Below, piece by piece: positions 1 through 8,335 of a DNA stretch of 64,000 bases. This DNA is from a virus. The notes below the pieces were generated by a model that searched no databases, was not told where the DNA came from, and saw only the letters and a program-made list of their open reading frames with translations. The stretch spans positions 10,598 to 74,597 of IMG/VR virus record IMGVR_UViG_3300032224_000809; one strand, written 5' to 3'. Every line of letters begins with the position of its first letter. The stretch's first letter is position 1. The translations under genes and the position numbers were made by a program.

Positions 1-2
1 CA

Positions 3-815
3 ATTAACACAATTAACACAATTAACACAATTAATGTGTGCTTGTCAGATGAAATTCCATCAGGAACTGCCTATCGTGCAGAGTGTTGTGGATATGCAGT
101 TAGAGTTAAGGTTATAGGTTGCTCTGGAACACAAATTGGAACAGCATACTATTGCATTGATTCATGTGCAACTATCGATACTATCAACACTATTAACACT
201 ATTAACACAATTAACACAATCAATACAATCAACACTATTAACACTATCAACACTATTAACACTATCAACACTATTAACACTATCAACACTATTAACACTA
301 TTAACACTATTAACACTATTGCTACTGGTGGATTCAGTGCTGGATGTTTGCTATACGAAACACCAATTTTGCTTGCCGACAGAACATATAAAAATATTGA
401 AGATTTAGAAGTTGGAGATGAACTACTTTCTTTAAATATTTTATCTATACCAGATGAAGAATATCCTACAATACTAGAGTCTTGGAGATCAGATAACATT
501 GATGATTCTGTTTTTACAACAACATTTGTAACAGATATAAAGAAAGCAACAAATCCAGGTTATTATTTATTAAATAATAAATTAAAGGTTACCTATGAGC
601 ATACAATGTTAGTAAAAAGATCCGATGTTTGGATGTTTGTTTCTATGGAGCACGTTGTTGTTGGAGATTATATGGTTGATAGTGAAGGCGATACTATTCG
701 TGTAGACTCTATTGATTATGATGACTCTGTTGTTAATGTTATTTCTATTGATACAGAAGTAAAAGATATGTATTTTGCAGCAGATATCTTAGTTCACAAT
801 ATGTATGCAAAATAA
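3..815 (+). CDS. 5'-truncated repeat protein: (TIN)n, 6-Cys module, (TIN)15, C-terminal Hint (intein-like/BIL) domain
   Basis: The frame is open from position 3 (INTINTINTINVCLSDE...), so the true start lies upstream of the window. Hint motifs: G|CLLYETPILLAD (Cys at 345), IEDLEVGD, VTYEH (block B), YFAADILVHN followed by MYAK-stop. Confidence 0.85.
   Translation: MNTINTINTINVCLSDEIPSGTAYRAECCGYAVRVKVIGCSGTQIGTAYYCIDSCATIDTINTINTINTINTINTINTINTINTINTINTINTINTINTINTINTIATGGFSAGCLLYETPILLADRTYKNIEDLEVGDELLSLNILSIPDEEYPTILESWRSDNIDDSVFTTTFVTDIKKATNPGYYLLNNKLKVTYEHTMLVKRSDVWMFVSMEHVVVGDYMVDSEGDTIRVDSIDYDDSVVNVISIDTEVKDMYFAADILVHNMYAK
171..323 (+). repeat. 9-bp coding tandem repeat (ACW ATY AAY) encoding TID-(TIN)15-TIA; more copies at 1-35
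   Basis: Read directly: 15 TIN units at 180-314, with synonymous codon variation. Confidence 0.95.
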
Positions 816-816
816 A

Positions 817-1404
817 ATGATAAAGACAGAATACTTTCCTGGGGTAGTTGGATACTCTGGATTAATTCCAGAATCTATTGGTTATGTTGAAGATATTGTT
901 GATCTTGCAAATAAAGAACTTATATCTTGGCATAAAACAACAACTGGTCGTGGCAATGTAAATGCTGCAACAGTGATACCAGAATTGCGTCAAGGCTCAG
1001 TTATTGGTCTTAATGGAATTAGTAAAGAAGAAAAAGTATTTTTGGCGGTATCTACTTTAAAAAATGCAGCAAATCTTGCAGTAAAAGAATGTCTTAATGA
1101 CTATCAAAATAGTTATGGATATTTTGATTTAGAAGGAGAAGGTTGGGCCCTATTAAAGTATGAAGTTGGAGATTTTTTTAAATTGCACACAGATGCCTCT
1201 AGGGCATATCCAAGACAAGTATCTACGGTATACTATATTAATGATGACTACCTTGGAGGAGAAATAAATTTTAAATATATAGACTTAGAATTAAAACCAA
1301 AAAAAGATGAGTTTTTAGTTTTTCCATCAACAAACCTATTTTCTCATTATGCAAAAGAAGTGATAGCGGGTACAAAATATTCAATGCCAAACTGGTTTAG
1401 ATAA
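817..1404 (+). CDS. 2OG-Fe(II) oxygenase, prolyl-4-hydroxylase-like
   Basis: KYEVGDFFKLHTD (HxD), YYINDDYLGGEINF, FPS..FSH..V..GTKY. The ATG at 817, just after the upstream stop, is preferred over 805. Confidence 0.85.
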   Translation: MIKTEYFPGVVGYSGLIPESIGYVEDIVDLANKELISWHKTTTGRGNVNAATVIPELRQGSVIGLNGISKEEKVFLAVSTLKNAANLAVKECLNDYQNSYGYFDLEGEGWALLKYEVGDFFKLHTDASRAYPRQVSTVYYINDDYLGGEINFKYIDLELKPKKDEFLVFPSTNLFSHYAKEVIAGTKYSMPNWFR

Positions 1405-1413
1405 GGATAAAAA

Positions 1414-2007
1414 ATGGAAAAAACAATATTAGGTGATAAGATAGTGGTATACCACAATATATCTAAAACCCCAATGGTAATTATTGATGCAGCCAATGAA
1501 ATCACCAATAAATATCCAAATGTTGGATTTAAAAATGCCACAATTAATAATCATCAATATGATACAAGTTTAAGATCTTGTACCGTTTTTAGTTTATTTC
1601 CAGACAAATCTGATAAGTCACTTGCTGGAGTAAATGCAAGATTAGAAAAGGTAAAACTTAATCAAAAAATAATTAGCCAAACATCCCTTGCATTGATTGA
1701 TTTTATTAAAGAATACGGATTCAAGATTATAGAAAGAGAAGCCTGGGAATTGTTATCATATGAAGAAACTCAAAAACTTACCTGGCACTCAGATAATGGA
1801 GATCCACACCCTTGCCTAGTTTCCCTGGTTTATTATTTAAATGATGACTATGAGGGTGGAGAGGTGGAGTTTAAAGACCATATAGGTACTCCTTTTAAAC
1901 CCTCTGCAGGAGATCTTTTGATCTTTCCATCATCAGTAGAATATGTTCATAGGGTTCTTCCAATAACAAGTGGAAGAAAATATGCTGCTATCTCCTTTTG
2001 TAAGTAA
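1414..2007 (+). CDS. 2OG-Fe(II) oxygenase, prolyl-4-hydroxylase-like
   Basis: WHSD (HxD), YYLNDDYEGGEVEF, HRVLPITSGRKY. Confidence 0.88.
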   Translation: MEKTILGDKIVVYHNISKTPMVIIDAANEITNKYPNVGFKNATINNHQYDTSLRSCTVFSLFPDKSDKSLAGVNARLEKVKLNQKIISQTSLALIDFIKEYGFKIIEREAWELLSYEETQKLTWHSDNGDPHPCLVSLVYYLNDDYEGGEVEFKDHIGTPFKPSAGDLLIFPSSVEYVHRVLPITSGRKYAAISFCK

Positions 2008-2009
2008 AA

Positions 2010-2564
2010 CTACTTAGGAAACTTTAACATCCACTCTTTAGTCTTAGCAGTAATGCCCTTCCAAGAAGACCAGTTCTCCCCACCATTAGACATGTAGTAT
2101 GCTATTTCGGCATTTTTGACGGGATTGAAAAGTTCAGCATTAGATTCAATATCAAACTTGTCTCTACGATCAGGACCAAGAGAGTCAATCATATTGATCT
2201 GAAACATTCCGTATGAAGAGTCTCCTGTTTTGTGATTGCCATTAAAAGCCAGTGGACGGCCATTAGATTCCTTCTTTGCAATAGCCCAAGCCACGACTAG
2301 ATCATTGCCCTTAAAACCAACAAGGCCAAGAAGTTCCTTAAGTTCTAAATCTGTTAGAGATGTCTTATTTTCAAAACTCTCTAGTCTTTTTGCCTTAGAA
2401 ACCAAAAAAACCTCTTTCGAGGCGTTTTGTGATGACTGAGCCTGTTCCAGGCTTAGGTTATTTTTTGTATTATTAGCATTAGCAGCGTTTATTGATGTTC
2501 CAACCAACAGACTAATACTGAGTATGCTGATGATTTCCTTGTTTCTTTCGATCCATTTAATCAT
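2010..2564 (-). CDS. Secreted lytic transglycosylase (SLT/lysozyme-like fold)
   Basis: AWAIAKKESNG...SYGMFQIN...FNPVKNA...WSSW. N-terminal signal-like segment. AAGGAGG RBS precedes the ATG at 2564. Confidence 0.8.
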   Translation of the reverse strand: MIKWIERNKEIISILSISLLVGTSINAANANNTKNNLSLEQAQSSQNASKEVFLVSKAKRLESFENKTSLTDLELKELLGLVGFKGNDLVVAWAIAKKESNGRPLAFNGNHKTGDSSYGMFQINMIDSLGPDRRDKFDIESNAELFNPVKNAEIAYYMSNGGENWSSWKGITAKTKEWMLKFPK

Positions 2565-2612
2565 AGTTTCCTCCTTAGAAAACAATAACACCCTGGTAGG
2601 TGTCTACTGATA

Positions 2613-2621
2613 AGTATAACA
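2613..2621 (-). promoter_or_regulatory. Extended -10 promoter TGTTATACT for the transglycosylase
   Basis: Matches the TGnTATAMT motif that recurs before many genes in this window. Confidence 0.6.
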
Positions 2622-2661
2622 TAATTTTACTAGGTTTGGCAGCAAAAGTCAAGTTTAAGCG

Positions 2662-2670
2662 TGGTATAAT
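2662..2670 (+). promoter_or_regulatory. Extended -10 promoter TGGTATAAT (probably leaderless)
   Basis: 8 nt before ATG 2679, with no Shine-Dalgarno sequence. Confidence 0.65.
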
Positions 2671-2678
2671 TATTTATC

Positions 2679-3209
2679 ATGGCAAAAGACTCAGTTAAAT
2701 ATTCAATACCTTATCCAGAGGACTCTGATCCTGTTGATATAACTAATGATATTAAAGTTATTGTTGATAGATTAGAAACAATTCTTCCACCCCTTGGTGT
2801 CTCATATTTTGAGATTCTTGTAAGAAATGAAACAGGTAATACAATTCCTGCGGGGTATCCAGTTTATGCAGTAGGATCAAATGTAGATTCAAATAGTACT
2901 GTAAGAACTAAGATTGCTCTTTCTACTCCAGTAATAACAAAGCCAATTTTAGGTTTAACAAAAACATCTCTTGGAAATAATTCTAATGGCGTTGTAGTTG
3001 TTGCTGGTGTTGTTGAAGGAGTAAACACAAGTTCATTTTTAGCAGGAGATGTTTTATACGTTGCAAATGGCGGGGGACTAACAAAGACTCGTCCTGACTC
3101 TGGTGGAGCAGCAGTAGGAATTGTAGGACATGCAGCAACTACAGGAGTAGTAATAGTTCAAGCAAAAGGAAACGGTACATGGGGCGCACTTGCTGCTGGC
3201 CTCTCGTAA
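2679..3209 (+). CDS. Putative virion/tail-associated protein
   Basis: Gly/Val-rich beta domain (GVNTSSFLAGDVLYV..GGLTKTRP) of a kind seen in phage fibre-associated proteins; lies in the fibre cluster. Confidence 0.55.
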   Translation: MAKDSVKYSIPYPEDSDPVDITNDIKVIVDRLETILPPLGVSYFEILVRNETGNTIPAGYPVYAVGSNVDSNSTVRTKIALSTPVITKPILGLTKTSLGNNSNGVVVVAGVVEGVNTSSFLAGDVLYVANGGGLTKTRPDSGGAAVGIVGHAATTGVVIVQAKGNGTWGALAAGLS

Positions 3210-3212
3210 TCG

Positions 3213-3221
3213 TGGTATAAT
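3213..3221 (+). promoter_or_regulatory. Extended -10 promoter TGGTATAAT (leaderless)
   Basis: 6 nt before ATG 3228. Confidence 0.65.
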
Positions 3222-3227
3222 CTAAAT

Positions 3228-3635
3228 ATGCCAACATTAAGAACAACTACAGTCACATCATCTCAGGCAACTAATGCCAATGGCGAGATTGAAATTGGAG
3301 CAACTCCTCCAATTGTAAGATGGACTGTTGTAAAAGGCGATAGCGCATCATTTAGAATTTATGTTGAAGATGATAAGCAGGTTGCTATTAACCCAGATGA
3401 TTATTCAATTAAAGCAGACTTTAGACGTGGATCTTCTTTGCTATTTTCAGTTTTTCCCTCAAAAACAGCATTTGATCTTGCAGGAGAATTTACAGTTTAT
3501 TTAGCACCAGGGCAAGCCAAACTTTTATCAACAGGAGATATCTTTGATGTACAGTTAACAGACCCAGTAGTGGTTTGGACTGTTTGCAGAGGCGTTATGA
3601 ACGTTATTGCAGAAGTCACTGATAGAACGGTTTAA
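3228..3635 (+). CDS. Putative virion adaptor (BppU-N-like beta sandwich)
   Basis: WTVVKGDS...FDVQL...WTVCRG pattern and fibre-cluster context. Confidence 0.5.
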   Translation: MPTLRTTTVTSSQATNANGEIEIGATPPIVRWTVVKGDSASFRIYVEDDKQVAINPDDYSIKADFRRGSSLLFSVFPSKTAFDLAGEFTVYLAPGQAKLLSTGDIFDVQLTDPVVVWTVCRGVMNVIAEVTDRTV

Positions 3636-3892
3636 TGGCAAAAAGACTTGTTTCTACAATTCTCCCAGCCGTTGCCCTTGGTTTAATAAATCTTAATCCC
3701 GTTGCAGATTTAACAATTAACAAAGCAAACAATATTGCTTTTGAAGTAGCATCAGTACCAAAAAAAGTATTGGTAAATGAAAGTTTACCTTTCAGACTGC
3801 GTATATCTAACATAGGTTTAGATGGGTATACAAGGCAGAATCCAGCACCGATAGGAGTAGCAATTATTGGCTACAGCAATTATATTCTGTAA
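3635..3892 (+). CDS. Hypothetical (virion?) protein
   Basis: TAATG coupling with the upstream gene. Confidence 0.55.
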   Translation: MAKRLVSTILPAVALGLINLNPVADLTINKANNIAFEVASVPKKVLVNESLPFRLRISNIGLDGYTRQNPAPIGVAIIGYSNYIL

Positions 3893-3899
3893 AAAATAA

Positions 3900-3908
3900 T
3901 GCTATAAT
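3900..3908 (+). promoter_or_regulatory. Extended -10 promoter TGCTATAAT (leaderless)
   Basis: 6 nt before ATG 3915. Confidence 0.65.
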
Positions 3909-3914
3909 AACAAC

Positions 3915-4361
3915 ATGGCCCAAATATCACTCACAGCACTTAAGCAAAAATTCCAGACTGGTGATCGCCCATCACAGGCAGATTACGAAGATCTAATTGA
4001 CACTACCGCAGCACAAGCAACACGTGCAGGCGTATTTGGCAATAATGACAATACCATCTACGGTATTGAAAATGCATCAGTAATTGATAACTTTGATGCA
4101 ACTGAATGGAGAATGGTTAAGTACCTTATCTCTATATCTAAGAATTCTGGTGGCGTAAATAAATACTATGCTACAGAAATGACCATCTTGGTTGACGGAG
4201 TAAATGTATCTGTTAACGAATTTGGAACTATCGACAACGATGGGAATATGGGAACCATTACTGTCTCTCGCACTGGAAATACCGTAACTTTAACAGTTAC
4301 TCCAGACCCTGCGATCAAGCCAATCACTGTACGTTATGCACGTATGGGATTAAAGGCATAA
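3915..4361 (+). CDS. Virion structural/fibre-associated protein
   Basis: N-terminal LKQKFQTGDRPSQADYEDLIDT fibre-type motif. The C-terminal beta domain resembles the C-terminus of 4378..6345. Confidence 0.65.
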   Translation: MAQISLTALKQKFQTGDRPSQADYEDLIDTTAAQATRAGVFGNNDNTIYGIENASVIDNFDATEWRMVKYLISISKNSGGVNKYYATEMTILVDGVNVSVNEFGTIDNDGNMGTITVSRTGNTVTLTVTPDPAIKPITVRYARMGLKA

Positions 4362-4377
4362 TAAGGAGATATAAAAA

Positions 4378-6345
4378 ATGGCATCTACAGTAAATAAAGA
4401 TTTTAAGATCAAGAATGGTCTTATCGTTGAAGGCGCATCCGCAACAGTCGGTGGCTCAGACGTATTAACAAAGAAGCAGGCAGACATTGATTACATTGTT
4501 TCACTTGCAGGTGGCGGAGCAGATTCTGCTAACGTTGCAAACAAGGTAGTAAAGCGTGATGCATCAGGTAACTTTGCAGCAGGAACAATCACTGCAGCAC
4601 TAACTGGTAACGCATCAACAGCATCTACACTTGCTACACCAAGAGCAATTGCACTTTCAGGTGATGTTTCTGGTACAGCAAACTTTGATGGTTCAGCAGG
4701 AATCACAATTACAACAACTCTTAACACAGCATTTGCTACAGATGCAGAAGTTGCTACAGCAAAGTCAGAGGCTATTGCTTCAGCAGCATCAGATGCAACT
4801 ACAAAGGCTAATAATGCTAAGTCTGGAGCAGAAGCAACCGCAGCATCTGCACTTTCAACACACGAAGCAGATACAACAAATATTCATGGAATTGCAGATA
4901 CTGCACTTCTTGCAACAAAGTCTTATGCTGATGGAAAGGCTTCAGATGCACAAGCAGCAGCAACAACCGCTGCAGCAACAGATGCTACAACTAAGGTTGC
5001 AGCCGAAGCAACTGCACGGGCAACAGCCGTTACAAATGCAATTTCTACTGCTGCATCAGATGCAACTTCTAAGGTTGCAGCAGAAGCAACCGCTAGAGAC
5101 ACAGCAATTGGAACAGCAATTTCAACAGAAGTTACAAACCGTAACTCTGCTATCTCTTCAGCAATTTCAACAGAAGTTACAAACCGTAACTCAGCAATTT
5201 CTACTGCAGTTGCAGCCGTTGTTGACTCAGCACCTGCAATGCTTGACACATTGAACGAACTTGCAGCAGCACTTGGAAATAACCCAAATGTTATTACAAA
5301 CTTAACCACTACTATTGGAACTAAACTTCCTCTCGCTGGTGGAACACTAACTGGAGCACTTGTTCTTTCAGGTGCACCAACAGCAGATCTTCAAGCAGCA
5401 ACTAAGGGCTATGTTGATACAGCAAATACAAATCAGTCAACAACTCTTACAACAGCAATTGCAACTGCAAAGTCAGAAGCAATTTCTACTGCTTCATCAG
5501 ATGCTACAACAAAGGCTAACGCAGCCCAGTCTGCTGCAACAACAGCAGCAGCAACAGATGCTACAACAAAGGCTGACGCAGCAAAGGCTTTTGCTACAGC
5601 AGCAGATACAACACTTCGCACAGCAGTAACATCTGATATTGCAACTGCAAAGTCAGAAGCAATCACTGCAGCAGCATCAGATGCTACAACTAAGCGTGAT
5701 GCAGCAAAGACTTATGCTGACGGACTTATTGCAACAGAAGTTACTAACCGTAACTCAGCAATCACAGCAGCAACTGGAGCGCTATCAACTTCAACAATTG
5801 CAGAAGGTACAAATAAGTACTTTACAGATGCTAGAGCAGTCGCAGCAGTATCTGGTGCAATTACAGCAGCAGTTGACGCAATCAATACAGATGCAATTGA
5901 AGAAGGTACTTCAAACCTTTACTTCACAAATGCTCGTGCACTAACAGCAGTTGGTGGATCAGTAACAACAGCAATTGCAAATGGTGATTCAACAGCATCA
6001 CCAACATATCTTGCTGTAAAGTTGGGAACACTTGCAAAAGAGTTTGCAGCAACAGTTAACGTACCAACAGCATCAACAGCAACAGCATATTCATGGCCAA
6101 TTGCAGATTTCAGATCTGCAAAGGTACTTGTAAAGACCAAGAATGGAACACACACTGAAATTTCAGAGTTACTCCTAACACTTGATACTTCAAACAACAT
6201 TGCTATTACAGAATACGCACTTGTTGGAACAAATGGCACACTTGCCACAGTTACAGCAGACGTAAACGGTACTGACGCAAGAATTCGGGTAACAACAATC
6301 AATGCATCATCAGATGTATACGTTGTTGGAACTCTTATTGCTTAA
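4378..6345 (+). CDS. Ala/Thr-rich tail fibre protein
   Basis: AAGGAG RBS. ASTLATPRAIALSGDVSG fibre motif, DATTKA and ISTEVTNRNSAI coiled-coil repeats, LDTLNELAAALG, EGTNKYFTDARA repeats. Confidence 0.8.
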   Translation: MASTVNKDFKIKNGLIVEGASATVGGSDVLTKKQADIDYIVSLAGGGADSANVANKVVKRDASGNFAAGTITAALTGNASTASTLATPRAIALSGDVSGTANFDGSAGITITTTLNTAFATDAEVATAKSEAIASAASDATTKANNAKSGAEATAASALSTHEADTTNIHGIADTALLATKSYADGKASDAQAAATTAAATDATTKVAAEATARATAVTNAISTAASDATSKVAAEATARDTAIGTAISTEVTNRNSAISSAISTEVTNRNSAISTAVAAVVDSAPAMLDTLNELAAALGNNPNVITNLTTTIGTKLPLAGGTLTGALVLSGAPTADLQAATKGYVDTANTNQSTTLTTAIATAKSEAISTASSDATTKANAAQSAATTAAATDATTKADAAKAFATAADTTLRTAVTSDIATAKSEAITAAASDATTKRDAAKTYADGLIATEVTNRNSAITAATGALSTSTIAEGTNKYFTDARAVAAVSGAITAAVDAINTDAIEEGTSNLYFTNARALTAVGGSVTTAIANGDSTASPTYLAVKLGTLAKEFAATVNVPTASTATAYSWPIADFRSAKVLVKTKNGTHTEISELLLTLDTSNNIAITEYALVGTNGTLATVTADVNGTDARIRVTTINASSDVYVVGTLIA

Positions 6346-6367
6346 AAAATTAAAATAATAAAGGGGC

Positions 6368-6832
6368 GTGATCACTTTGGCTACAGTCAATAAAGACTTC
6401 AAAGTAAAAAATGGACTACAGGTCGCAGGAACTGCAGTTTTCGGGGGAACAGTACAGGTAGCAACACCAGTATCTGCTTCTGATGCAGCAACAAAGGCAT
6501 ATGTAGATTCAAAATCAAGTCAAATGGCTTCAGGTGCAATCGCTCCTTCCAACCCAACAGCGGGTGCACTTTGGCTAGACTCTCTAACTAATAGAGTTAA
6601 TGTTTATTCTTCAGCAGGATGGGTAACACTTGCTGCAATTGATGACACATTAGATCTACCACAGCACATCCACGATACAGCAATCGATGGTACAGGATTT
6701 ATTGTTTCACAATTCCGCAGTGGCGGAAGTTTCAATAGTCCGCAAGGATCAGGTCTCGATGGAGGATCTCCAAGTTCAACTACTTGGGACGTTTCATTCG
6801 ATGGTGGTTCAGCAGTAGATAACTTCAATTAA
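6368..6832 (+). CDS. Short fibre-associated virion protein
   Basis: N-terminal TVNKDFKVKNGL is shared with 4378. DAATKAYVD and APSNPTAGALWLD fibre motifs. The start may be TTG 6377. Confidence 0.65.
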   Translation: MITLATVNKDFKVKNGLQVAGTAVFGGTVQVATPVSASDAATKAYVDSKSSQMASGAIAPSNPTAGALWLDSLTNRVNVYSSAGWVTLAAIDDTLDLPQHIHDTAIDGTGFIVSQFRSGGSFNSPQGSGLDGGSPSSTTWDVSFDGGSAVDNFN

Positions 6833-6839
6833 AAATTGA

Positions 6840-6848
6840 TGTTATAAT
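6840..6848 (+). promoter_or_regulatory. Extended -10 promoter TGTTATAAT
   Basis: Intergenic, upstream of the 6892-10413 gene run. Confidence 0.6.
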
Positions 6849-6891
6849 AGTACAGAAAGACATCCGCAGAACGGATAAAAGGAGAATATAA

Positions 6892-8304
6892 ATGGCAACT
6901 AGAATGCAACAGCGCAGAGGAACTGCAGCCCAATGGACGGCAGCAGATCCAATTTTAGCAGCAGGAGAAATTGGGTTTGAAACAGACACCAGCCAGTTCA
7001 AAATGGGCGATGGCGTTAATGCATGGTCAACTCTCTCCTACTTTAAGAACTTAGAAGACTTGGGTGGTACTCTTGATGATTACATCCCACTAACCCAAAA
7101 GGGTGCAACCAATGGTGTAGTCCCTCTTGATGGCTCAGGTAAGATTCCAATTGGATACCTTACAAACCTTATTGCAAACGCACCAGAAGCACTTGATACA
7201 CTTAAAGAACTTGCAGATGCAGTTACTTATGTTACAAATCAAGTTTCTGGACATAATGGAACAACAACAAATGTTCACGGTATCGCAAATACAGGAGCAC
7301 TTGCTACAACTACAGCAGTTACTACAGCAATTGCGACACACGAAGCAGATACAACAAATGTTCACGGAATTGCAGATACATCAGTACTTGAAACAACATC
7401 TGGAGCACAAACTAAGGCCAATGCAGCAGCACTTGCTGAAGTAAATGCTCACAAGGTAATCACAACTTCAGTACACGGAATTGCTGATACAGCACTTCTT
7501 GCTACAAAGGTATATGCCGATGCAGTAGGAACAACAGAGGCTTCAAGCCGTGCAACAGCAATCTCAACACATAATTCAGCAACAGCAAACGTACACGGAA
7601 TTTCTGATACATCTGCTCTTGCTACAAAGACATATGCTGATGGTAATGTTACAACACACAACTCAGCAACAACAAGCGTACACGGAATTGCAGATACTTC
7701 ACTTCTTGCAACTAAGTCATACGTAGATACAGCAGATGCTCTTAAGGCAGCGCTTGCATCACCAGCATTCACTGGCACACCAACTGCTCCAACAGCAACA
7801 GCAGGAACAAATACTACACAGGTAGCAACAACAGCGTTCGTAGGAACAGCAGTTTCAGCACTCGTAGCATCTGCTCCAGCAGCACTTGACACACTTAATG
7901 AGTTGGCAGCAGCGCTTGGTAGCGATGCAAACTTCTCAACAACAATGACAAATGCTCTTGCTCTAAAGGCAAGCAAGGCTGAACTTTCAGCAGCAACTGT
8001 CGCATCATTTAATAACAAGACAACTTCTTACACACCAGTACTTTCAGATGAAGGAAATGTAATTGAAATGGATTCTGCTTCAGCAAATTCTGTTACAATT
8101 CCACCAAACTCATCAGTAGCATTTACAATTGGTTCATCAATCGATGTATTCCAAAAGGGTACAGGCCAGACAACAATCGTTGCAGGTGCAGGAGTTACAG
8201 TTCTTAATACACCAGGACTCAAGTTCCGTGATCGTTACTCAATGGCAACATTGATCAAGCGTGATACAAATACTTGGATCGTTTCTGGCGACTTGACAGC
8301 GTAA
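6892..8304 (+). CDS. Tail fibre with Mtd-N-like N-terminal domain
   Basis: QRRGTAAQWTAADPILAAGEIGFETDT..FKMGDG, five H-x7-HGI repeats, LASPAFTGTPTAPT motif, C-terminal WIVSGDL domain. Confidence 0.8.
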   Translation: MATRMQQRRGTAAQWTAADPILAAGEIGFETDTSQFKMGDGVNAWSTLSYFKNLEDLGGTLDDYIPLTQKGATNGVVPLDGSGKIPIGYLTNLIANAPEALDTLKELADAVTYVTNQVSGHNGTTTNVHGIANTGALATTTAVTTAIATHEADTTNVHGIADTSVLETTSGAQTKANAAALAEVNAHKVITTSVHGIADTALLATKVYADAVGTTEASSRATAISTHNSATANVHGISDTSALATKTYADGNVTTHNSATTSVHGIADTSLLATKSYVDTADALKAALASPAFTGTPTAPTATAGTNTTQVATTAFVGTAVSALVASAPAALDTLNELAAALGSDANFSTTMTNALALKASKAELSAATVASFNNKTTSYTPVLSDEGNVIEMDSASANSVTIPPNSSVAFTIGSSIDVFQKGTGQTTIVAGAGVTVLNTPGLKFRDRYSMATLIKRDTNTWIVSGDLTA

Positions 8305-8335
8305 TACAAATTTAATAAGAAAAAAGGAGATATAA

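Noticed and set aside
171-323. Tandem repeats as a CRISPR array (also 8972-9184 and 63855-64000)
   Set aside because: No unique spacers; all are in-frame coding repeats.
136-499. ORFs 136..408 (+) and 149..499 (-, poly-IVL)
   Set aside because: Shadow frames of the TIN repeat. Third-position variation preserves TIN, and only that frame leads into the Hint domain.
345-800. Hint domains as mobile inteins
   Set aside because: No homing endonuclease, no Cys/Ser/Thr at +1, essentially no C-extein, and not inserted in a conserved enzyme.
4491-8222. Gln/Leu-rich and reverse-strand ORFs over the fibre genes (similar ones over the tape measure and 61960-63995)
   Set aside because: Frame artefacts of GCA/ACA-rich Ala/Thr coding sequence.
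6892-8304. Diversity-generating retroelement suggested by the Mtd-N-like domain
   Set aside because: No reverse transcriptase and no TR/VR pair with adenine-specific differences seen in the window.
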